DNA of 53,798 nucleotides, from the IMG/VR virus record IMGVR_UViG_3300031576_001304, positions 1-53,798 of that record, one strand, 5' to 3'. This document shows positions 36,694 to 44,320 of the stretch, one piece after another; within the stretch, counting starts at the first letter, position 1, and each line of letters begins with the position of its first letter. The notes under the pieces are model-generated. The model made no database searches and was not told the DNA's origin. It saw only the letters and a list, made by a program, of their open reading frames with translations. A program made the translations under genes and the position numbers. Source of the stretch: a virus. Lineage: Duplodnaviria > Caudoviricetes.

Positions 36694-37131
36694 ATGGTTA
36701 TTGCACGAATCGTCTGTGTGCTGTTTGTTTCGGCGCTGGCATTCGGTCAGCAGACCCGCGTTCGAGAAGGCAACATCGAGGGCCGTCCGTCACAGCGCGG
36801 CAAGGTGTGGGTCGTAGTACCCAACGGCTTCGTGATGATGGCCGACCTCGACACCAGCTTGGTGTTGGACCTGTCGGGTCCGGTGCCGATTTTGCGCGCC
36901 ACGTTGGGAAAACAGGCTCGGTTCGTGGCGCAGGCCTTCAGTCCGACTGCCGCGACCGCCAGCTTCACGCTGTCCGATACTGTGATCGCTGGCAGCCTGC
37001 ACGTCTACCGCAACGGCCTACTCATGGCAGATGGGATCGACTACTCGGCGGCGGGCGCAGTGGTAACGTTCCTGCCTGTTCAGCTTCCGCAAGGTGGGGA
37101 CGTGATTCAGTTTCGCTACTCAAGCCCGTAA
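36694..37131 (+). CDS. Signal-peptide protein with a tail-fibre-like beta module
   Basis: N-terminal signal ...SALAFG-Q; FTLS...SLHVYRNGLL...DY motif. Confidence 0.65.
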   Translation: MVIARIVCVLFVSALAFGQQTRVREGNIEGRPSQRGKVWVVVPNGFVMMADLDTSLVLDLSGPVPILRATLGKQARFVAQAFSPTAATASFTLSDTVIAGSLHVYRNGLLMADGIDYSAAGAVVTFLPVQLPQGGDVIQFRYSSP

Positions 37132-37134
37132 GCC

Positions 37135-37491
37135 ATGGCCAGCTTCCCGACTCTCCAGAGCGGCAAGGTAACGATGCTTCCCGCAGTGCGCGAGAAGCGC
37201 CACGGTACGGAGGTCGTGCGGTTCGTCAACGACACCGAACAGCGCTGGAAGCGCCACGTAGCGCTGTCATCGTTCGAGCTTCGCTTTCGGGACATCGACG
37301 GCTACGACCTGGGAAACATCCTGGACTTCTACAGGTCGATGAAGGGCCGCTTCGACTCTACCTGGGACTTGACCCTGGCCGCCGTCACGTACCAGTACAT
37401 GGTGTTTGACCAGGACGAACTTGCCTGGACCGAGGCGAAGCCTGACAGGTTTTCGCTGACCGTGCGCTGCAAGCAGGTTCGCCAGAACTAA
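37135..37491 (+). CDS. Distal tail (Dit/DUF2460-like) protein
   Basis: EQRW...F...L...DFY..MKGRF pattern; follows the tape measure gene. Confidence 0.65.
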   Translation: MASFPTLQSGKVTMLPAVREKRHGTEVVRFVNDTEQRWKRHVALSSFELRFRDIDGYDLGNILDFYRSMKGRFDSTWDLTLAAVTYQYMVFDQDELAWTEAKPDRFSLTVRCKQVRQN

Positions 37492-37501
37492 CGGGGGTCC
37501 A

Positions 37502-37912
37502 ATGAGACAACTTCTGTTGCTGTGCTCTGTTGCTGTGCTCTGTGGCGCGGCGCTGTCCGCGCAAGAAGCGTTTCGTTTCGCCGGTCCGATCATGTACGAC
37601 CCGGAAAACTGCATCCTCACATGGAAGGTCGAGCGTGGGACGATGAGCGGCGAGAAGTTCAGGCGTGTCGGCAAGCCTGTCAAGCTGTCTGTGCGGTTGC
37701 ACGACGCCACTATGACGGACGGCAAGCAAACCCACAGACTCAGCGATTCCGAACAACAGGAGAGGCACGCTATCCTGAAGCAGGTCCTTTCAGGGTACGC
37801 GGCCGAGTCCACGCAGTGGTTCTTCGACCCGAAGGTCCGCGAACGATACTGGGACCATGAGCGTGAGAAGGACGCGGCGCCTGCGGCCGTGAAGTCCGGC
37901 CGCGCGGACTGA
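37502..37912 (+). CDS. Secreted hypothetical protein (moron-like)
   Basis: Signal MRQLLLLCSVAVLCGAALSA-Q. Confidence 0.65.
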   Translation: MRQLLLLCSVAVLCGAALSAQEAFRFAGPIMYDPENCILTWKVERGTMSGEKFRRVGKPVKLSVRLHDATMTDGKQTHRLSDSEQQERHAILKQVLSGYAAESTQWFFDPKVRERYWDHEREKDAAPAAVKSGRAD

Positions 37913-38703
37913 TGCCCTACTTCCCTCAACTGAACAGCACCGGTCTGATCGCGCAGCGGCCGTACGCGATCACCCAGGAAACGCTGACCACGCTTCAGGA
38001 CCAGCCAACCGGCCGGCGCTACGCTAAGGCCTGGCGGACAAACCCGCTGGCGCGGTGGACGCTGAACAACTCCCACCTGACGGACGCCGAGCTTGTCACG
38101 CTTGAAGCGTTCTTCGACCAGCAGGCCGGGCGCTACGGCGAGTGGTCGTACCTGGACCCTGGTGGGAACCTGGTTCAGTACAGTGGGGACTTCGCGCAGG
38201 CAGCCTGGGTCAAGTCGAACGTCACCGTGGGGGCGGCGCAAACAGATCCATTTGGAGGCACCCGCGCCACGGCACTGACTGGATCAGTTGCCGGGGCCTA
38301 CATCGACACAGCGCTAACACCAACTGCCGTCAACGGGTTTGTTATGTGCGCGTCCGTTTGGGTCAAAGCGCCAAGCGGCTCGCCGGTGGCAAGCATCGGC
38401 TTCGATGACGGTGGGAACATCTTCACGGAGTTTACGCTCACAGCGGGTGAGTGGCGGCGCATTCACCACCCCCGCACGATCACGTCAGCGGGCACGATCC
38501 GGGTCCGAATCGGTATTGGCGCAACCACGCTGCACGTCTTCGGTGCGCAGTGCGTCCCTATGCGCGGGCCGGGAGCGTATGCGCGGAGCCCGCAGAACTA
38601 CGGCTATCACGCGAAGTGCCGGTTCGACATGGACTCGCTCGGTGTCCGATACCTTGGGCCGAACCAGAACGCCGTTGCGGTGTCCATCCTTGAGTACGCA
38701 TGA
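37912..38703 (+). CDS. Second Dit-like tail protein with carbohydrate-binding-like insert
   Basis: LEAFFDQQAGRY..W.YLDP; ASVWVK...EWRR module; CRFD.D. Confidence 0.65.
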   Translation: MPYFPQLNSTGLIAQRPYAITQETLTTLQDQPTGRRYAKAWRTNPLARWTLNNSHLTDAELVTLEAFFDQQAGRYGEWSYLDPGGNLVQYSGDFAQAAWVKSNVTVGAAQTDPFGGTRATALTGSVAGAYIDTALTPTAVNGFVMCASVWVKAPSGSPVASIGFDDGGNIFTEFTLTAGEWRRIHHPRTITSAGTIRVRIGIGATTLHVFGAQCVPMRGPGAYARSPQNYGYHAKCRFDMDSLGVRYLGPNQNAVAVSILEYA

Positions 38704-38955
38704 ACAAGATGGCCCGGTCGAGCATCTCGCGGGTGGCTGTCACGTATCGACGCTCGCCCGATTCGTGCCATCCATGGGGAAAGTGGTCTCCGGGTCTATA
38801 GTTCAGGCCAGCAGACAACAAGGCGGCCAGTTGGATCACACCTGTATCCATATCTAACCCTTTCGTTTTTAGGGAATCTACCGACCCCGCAAGACTGAGG
38901 GCCAACCGGAACCAACGGATCAACGCCCTGGCTCCGTTCTAAGCCTTTGAAAACT

Positions 38956-39036
38956 CTACCTTTTGGCGATCCCGTAGATCGTGAACGCCAGTATGAGCGT
39001 GAGCATGACTAATCCGATGCTGTACCAGACAGTCAT
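38956..39036 (-). CDS. 26-aa single-TM peptide MTVWYSIGLVMLTLILAFTIYGIAKR
   Basis: GAGG RBS; hydrophobic core with basic C-terminus; antisense to the tail operon. Confidence 0.45.
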   Translation of the reverse strand: MTVWYSIGLVMLTLILAFTIYGIAKR

Positions 39037-39080
39037 GTACCTCATAGTACTACGGTAAACACCTTAGACGCAACCGAAAA

Positions 39081-42000
39081 ATGCCAGTCGGAACAGTCAA
39101 CACCGCAAAAGAGCTCGCTCAAACCTACCAACCCCTCCTGTTGGCCGTGTTCACCTTCACGGATGGGACCGTTCTGCGGCTCTCCACCCATGGCCTTCGC
39201 ACGACTGACGGTGGCTTCCAGTACGCTGGCAACGACTACCTGCCTCGAATCCTCAATCACGACATCGCCGCGATCCAGGCACTATCTGACGGCGGTATCG
39301 ACACCCCACCAACAGTCACACTCCGACTCAACGATGGCGATCAATTCCTCTGGACAAACTACGAGAAGACCGTCGGCTTCAAGGGCGCAAAGCTCACGCT
39401 GACGTTCGTGTTCTGGAATGTCGGGGCGAACGACTTCAGTAGCGATTCCGTCACGAAATTCCTTGGGACGTGTTCCGCTCCACAAATAGACGAGACAACA
39501 ATCACTGTTGCCGCCGCATCGCTGATGCAGATGCAGCAGGTAATGCTGCCGACCGTCCGGGTGCAGAAGCGCTGCACCTGGGTGTACCCGACGAAGAAGG
39601 CCCAGAGGGTTGCCGGTGCCGTCGACGAGGACTCCTGGTTCTGGGAATGTGGACACTCTCCCGACGTGACCGACGCGGACGGTGCCGGCGGGACTGCCGC
39701 GGCGCGAGGCAACTACGACGGCGCCGCGAAGACAATCACCGGAGCCACAAACGCCTCACCCATCGTCATCACGTCAACGGCCCACGGCTACTCCACCGGC
39801 GATCAGGTTTATATCGCCGGCGTGACCGGGAACACCGCAGCAAATGGCACGTGGGTCATCACCGTGACAGCCGCGACAACCTTCACGCTCAACGGCTCTA
39901 CGGGGAACGGGGCTTACATCAGCGGCGGGACATCCGACAAGCTGTTCGTCGCCTGCAACTACACGAAAGATCACTGCATCTCGCGCGGCATGTACGAGAA
40001 GGACTCTGCGCTACGCGTGACCGGGCGCTTCGGTGGCATCCAGTGGGACCCTCCTAAGAGCTTCAGAAGCCGGGGCTACGTCTCCGGCAAGTGGGAGGAG
40101 GGGTTCAACTCCTCGAATGAGGCCAAGTACAGCGATGTTGTTCCGTTTGTCTACGGGACCTCGTGGGTCGAGCCCATTGCTGCAAACGTCACTGGCGACG
40201 CCAACTCGACCAGGTTCGAGTGTGTTCTCTGCTACGGCGAGGTCGATGACGTTCTGCGGGTGGTCGTCAACGATGTCGAGATCCCGTCGGCAACCACGAT
40301 GACCCACGGATCCCTGTCGGTCACCGACCCGCTCTTTGCATGGTATCTGGTGAATCGTGGGGACCGTGACGGAGCGCCCAACACTCTGCCGATGTACGAC
40401 TCCAAGGGTGACCCATACGGCTCACTGGCAACCATCGTTTGTGTTGTCCCGCGGCGATTGTCTGATTCACAGAACGTCCCGCGTGTCAGGGTGTTGGTCA
40501 AGGGGCCCAAGATCCGCAAGTACACGGCTCCGAGCACGTATTCGAAGGTCGGCGCCCCGGACAACCTGAATCCCGCCTGGATTCTCATGGACGTTCTGAT
40601 CTGGTCGGGCTGGACCTACGCGGACCTGGACATTCAGAGTTTCATCGACGCGGCGGCGAAGTGCGACGCCACGGTGACGTTCAAGGACCAGGACGCGGCG
40701 AACAACACCCACGCCCGCTATATGGCGTCCCTGGTGCTGCGTCAGCGCCGGCCAGCCGCCGAGCTCATCCGCGGCTTGCGGAATGCGATGAAAGGCGTGC
40801 TGGTGCCGAACTCCGACGCCAGCGGCAAGCTGAAGCTGGTCATCAAAGAGACACTGGCGAGCCAGCAGCCGGCGACCATCTCCGGCTCGAATTACAGCAC
40901 GGCGGTTTCATCGAAACTGGTCACCGCCGGGGCAGCCAACGGCTACGTCGCCTACAAGTTCGACGAGTCGAACATCATCCGGCGCGACAGCCTCTCCACT
41001 CTCAAGGTTTCTCAGCGCCCAAACACAGACACGCCGAACCGTGTCGCGCTGACGTTCCAGGACTTCCATAACAACTTCGCCTTCGACTCGCTCACTGTAG
41101 TTGACACCGAGGCGTTGACCAGGGCCAACAACCAGGACATTTCTGGTAGCTTCCCGCTGGAGGGGATCAACAACTTCGACCAGGCGCGACGGGTGATCGG
41201 CACATGGCTTGCCGAGTCACTCAGGGGAAACGCGCGCAACAACCCCCTGGGGGACGCCGGCGGGACGCTGCATTTCGAGTTCGAGACGACTTTCAAGGCC
41301 GTGCATCTCCAGGTCGGGCAGCTCTGCCTGCTGGATTACCCGGCCTACGGGATCTCGAATCAACTGGTCCGCCTCCAGCGCCTTCAGCCGGCGGCCAACT
41401 TCGAGACTTGCCGCGTCACGGCCACATGGCACAGCGACGACTGGTATGTGGATACCTACGGCCAGGAGGATGCTCCGCGGTACTCTGGATTTCACCGCAA
41501 CCGCCTTGCCCGGCCGCCCATGGCGCTACGCGGCCAGACCGGTACAGGTGGACTTGCAAAGACCGATCCGCTGTGGGGCCGCGAAAGGTTCTATGCGCTT
41601 GCGTCTTCCAAGGATGACGAAGGCGTCTTCCGCTTCACGGCTTCGGTGAACCCGCCGGTCAACGTGTTCCCGTCGTCGTTCCGCCCGCCTTTCGTTCCGA
41701 ACGAAGGAACCAGCGCCAGCACGGGCGGGCAGCTTGCGGGCAACCAGGACTACTGGCTGGCCCTGTGCGCACTCAACTCCGGCGGTGAGATCACGGTGCC
41801 GTCCACCACCTGCCGGATTCGTGTTCCGGCAGGAACCAGCACGAACACGATCACCGTTTCCGATTTGGACTGGGATGCGGCCACGACGCAGTACGCGCTG
41901 TACGCCGGGACAGACCCGTACAGACTCCACTACCAGAGCACGATCGCCGGAACGCCGGCATCCATCACGTTCAACGGTCCCGTTGCGCTGGACCTTGGCA

Positions 42001-43343
42001 AGCCCATTCCCGACCCGGAGTTCGACACGCTGGTACTGAGAGTCAAGCGCGCTCGCAACCTGGGCGTGTTCGGAATCGAGATGACCGGGGCTGGCGCTGC
42101 GACAATCACCGTGGCAAACGCCTACTGGGACACGAACCAATGGGCGGGGTTCGACTGTTCCGTGATCGGTTACGATACCGGCTCGGGCGATGCGCCGCCG
42201 GTGTGGAATTTCCGCGTGTCATCGAACACGTCGGATACCCTGACGGTGGACACGACGAACTATGACCCGGCGCCCAACGCGGTGATGACGTTCGGAGCCG
42301 GGATGCGCTACTTGCTTGTAATGCGAACCAAGCCAGACACGTTCAGCGCGAACACCATCGGAGACTCCCGATTCGATAACTCCCTGGCGCTGTACGGAGC
42401 CTTCTATGTGACGGCCGCGACGAACGCCACGCCGATTCAGATCACCACGTCCGCCGCTCACGGATTCTCGACCAACGACAAGGTGAGAATCGACTACGTG
42501 GAGGGCAACGCTGCGGCCAATGGGGTTTGGACGGTCACTGTCGTAAACACGACCCAGTTCACCCTGAACGGTTCGGTTGGAAATGGCGCGTACACCGACT
42601 TTGGCACGGCGCGGAAGCTCACTCGTGGACTGGAAGCGAATGACGCTGTGGGCAAGTTGGCCCGAATTATTGCCGGCAAGGGTGCGGGCCAGATTCGAAA
42701 GATCGAATCTCACACGCCAACCGTTCTCACGATCGAGGGGACCTGGGATGTGACGCCGGATGCGACCTCGCGCTTCGTCACCGAGGAGCCGGACTGGTTG
42801 ACAGAGGCGTACTCGACCGCCATGAACATTGACAATTTCTCGCCGGCCTCCGTCCCGTCTTTCCCAGTGGATCTGACCGGGTTCGGGGAAATCCCGCTGT
42901 TAATGCAGGTGTTACCGATTGACGGCGGCGGCAACGAGACGCCGGAGAGCGCCTGCCAGATCCGAGAATTCTACCTGTTCCGGCAGGTCGGCCTCGCAAC
43001 CGACGATTTTCAAAGCGCGCTCAAGCTCGACGTTGAGGGCACACTGGCAATCGCCAGTGATGTAGCACCGCGACTGGAAATCAACACCGCATCGGTGGCC
43101 AGGAAGGTCAAGGCCATCGTGAAACAGGCACCCACAGGCGCCGCCCTGGTCGTCAAGATCCTGCTCGGATCAACCGAATGGATCAGCCTCACGATTCCAG
43201 CCGCGTCCTTGTCCGTGACCGCGACGGCGGGTCAACTGAGCTCATCGCCGGAGATCCCGGCCGGAACCAATGTCCGTTTGGATATCACGGCCGTTGGCAC
43301 GACGTTCCCTGGTTCCGACCTCTCGGTAATGGTGTATCTGTGA
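39081..43343 (+). CDS. Tail tip / hub-central fibre protein
   Basis: 1420 aa; VPFVYG, NPAWILMD, SFIDAAAKCD, FETT..AVHLQVG; two FCCH-like modules. Confidence 0.85.
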   Translation: MPVGTVNTAKELAQTYQPLLLAVFTFTDGTVLRLSTHGLRTTDGGFQYAGNDYLPRILNHDIAAIQALSDGGIDTPPTVTLRLNDGDQFLWTNYEKTVGFKGAKLTLTFVFWNVGANDFSSDSVTKFLGTCSAPQIDETTITVAAASLMQMQQVMLPTVRVQKRCTWVYPTKKAQRVAGAVDEDSWFWECGHSPDVTDADGAGGTAAARGNYDGAAKTITGATNASPIVITSTAHGYSTGDQVYIAGVTGNTAANGTWVITVTAATTFTLNGSTGNGAYISGGTSDKLFVACNYTKDHCISRGMYEKDSALRVTGRFGGIQWDPPKSFRSRGYVSGKWEEGFNSSNEAKYSDVVPFVYGTSWVEPIAANVTGDANSTRFECVLCYGEVDDVLRVVVNDVEIPSATTMTHGSLSVTDPLFAWYLVNRGDRDGAPNTLPMYDSKGDPYGSLATIVCVVPRRLSDSQNVPRVRVLVKGPKIRKYTAPSTYSKVGAPDNLNPAWILMDVLIWSGWTYADLDIQSFIDAAAKCDATVTFKDQDAANNTHARYMASLVLRQRRPAAELIRGLRNAMKGVLVPNSDASGKLKLVIKETLASQQPATISGSNYSTAVSSKLVTAGAANGYVAYKFDESNIIRRDSLSTLKVSQRPNTDTPNRVALTFQDFHNNFAFDSLTVVDTEALTRANNQDISGSFPLEGINNFDQARRVIGTWLAESLRGNARNNPLGDAGGTLHFEFETTFKAVHLQVGQLCLLDYPAYGISNQLVRLQRLQPAANFETCRVTATWHSDDWYVDTYGQEDAPRYSGFHRNRLARPPMALRGQTGTGGLAKTDPLWGRERFYALASSKDDEGVFRFTASVNPPVNVFPSSFRPPFVPNEGTSASTGGQLAGNQDYWLALCALNSGGEITVPSTTCRIRVPAGTSTNTITVSDLDWDAATTQYALYAGTDPYRLHYQSTIAGTPASITFNGPVALDLGKPIPDPEFDTLVLRVKRARNLGVFGIEMTGAGAATITVANAYWDTNQWAGFDCSVIGYDTGSGDAPPVWNFRVSSNTSDTLTVDTTNYDPAPNAVMTFGAGMRYLLVMRTKPDTFSANTIGDSRFDNSLALYGAFYVTAATNATPIQITTSAAHGFSTNDKVRIDYVEGNAAANGVWTVTVVNTTQFTLNGSVGNGAYTDFGTARKLTRGLEANDAVGKLARIIAGKGAGQIRKIESHTPTVLTIEGTWDVTPDATSRFVTEEPDWLTEAYSTAMNIDNFSPASVPSFPVDLTGFGEIPLLMQVLPIDGGGNETPESACQIREFYLFRQVGLATDDFQSALKLDVEGTLAIASDVAPRLEINTASVARKVKAIVKQAPTGAALVVKILLGSTEWISLTIPAASLSVTATAGQLSSSPEIPAGTNVRLDITAVGTTFPGSDLSVMVYL

Positions 43344-43543
43344 CGCGACGCAAGCTGATGTTGGCGCTTCCCGCCGTGGCCGCTGCCCGCGCAACCAACG
43401 AACGTGTCCCAATAGACGCTCGCGATCTTAACGACTTCAGCAAAGAGTACAACCTGTACATAACAGCCATGAACCGGTTCGTTGTAGACCAGCGCCAGTG
43501 GCGTCGTGTCGCGAGGGCCTGGCGGGTGCTTGTCGGTGGATGA
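43340..43543 (+). CDS. Small protein with twin-arginine-like signal
   Basis: GTGA overlap; MTRRKLMLALPAVAAARA. Confidence 0.55.
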   Translation: MTRRKLMLALPAVAAARATNERVPIDARDLNDFSKEYNLYITAMNRFVVDQRQWRRVARAWRVLVGG

Positions 43544-43609
43544 CTTTTCTTTAATAACGGCCTGATTCTTCAGGTTTTAGCCTAACCAAACGGAGATACA
43601 CAAACAAAA

Positions 43610-44278
43610 ATGAGACAAGTCCTTTCTGTTTTCCTCGCGCTTCTGGCCATGCCTGGGCTCGCCTTTGGCAGTACCACGTACGTCCAGAGCATCAACAACC
43701 AGTCCTCGGTGACCATCACCGGGAGCACGCACAACCTGGGGAGCGACAAATTCGGCGTCCGGGTGTACGACTCGAACGGCGTCCTCAAGGCGACCGACTT
43801 CTTCGAATACACGATCAATTCCTCGACGTACGATGTCTCGATCACCTTCGACTCGTCACACACTGGCGAAGTGAAGCTGACCGGAAACTTCGCTTCGGAT
43901 ACCAGCAACGTGTGGGACTGGAAGGTCACCAAGACCACCGGAAGCGGCGTTGACAAGGCGTTTGTGTGCGGAAGTTGCACCGATTCGGACTTCGCCCGAC
44001 GCACGGTCAGCTCAAAGGCATACGTTGCCTTGGGCATGTACACCTACACACACAACTCCAGTACCGCGGAAGGCACACTACGTGTATACCTGCTGGACAA
44101 CAAGCTGGTGTTCGGACTCAGCGGATCCTCGTCTCAAGTGGATGGCTCGACCAGCGGGGCACACGCGAAGGTCGAGTACAGCGTGAGCAGCTTCCCAACT
44201 GGCGCAGTTCAGTTGGCCTCCGTGACCTACGACGCGCAGAACCGCCTCGGCACAGTGACCGACCTGCGGCCCTGGTAA
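43610..44278 (+). CDS. Secreted Ser/Thr-rich beta protein
   Basis: Signal MRQVLSVFLALLAMPGLAFG; preceded by an AT-rich spacer. Confidence 0.75.
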   Translation: MRQVLSVFLALLAMPGLAFGSTTYVQSINNQSSVTITGSTHNLGSDKFGVRVYDSNGVLKATDFFEYTINSSTYDVSITFDSSHTGEVKLTGNFASDTSNVWDWKVTKTTGSGVDKAFVCGSCTDSDFARRTVSSKAYVALGMYTYTHNSSTAEGTLRVYLLDNKLVFGLSGSSSQVDGSTSGAHAKVEYSVSSFPTGAVQLASVTYDAQNRLGTVTDLRPW

Positions 44279-44288
44279 CCTCTGCTTC

Positions 44289-44312
44289 GGGGCCCTCCCA
44301 AGCGAGGGCCCC
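44289..44312. terminator. GC-rich hairpin with no U-tract
   Basis: GGGGCCCTC-N6-GAGGGCCCC. Confidence 0.4.
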
Positions 44313-44320
44313 ACATTCGC

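Noticed and set aside
19592-42603. Diversity-generating retroelement (TR/VR pair) suggested by near-identical repeats in tail genes
   Set aside because: No reverse transcriptase in the window, the differences are not adenine-specific, and all copies are in-frame protein modules
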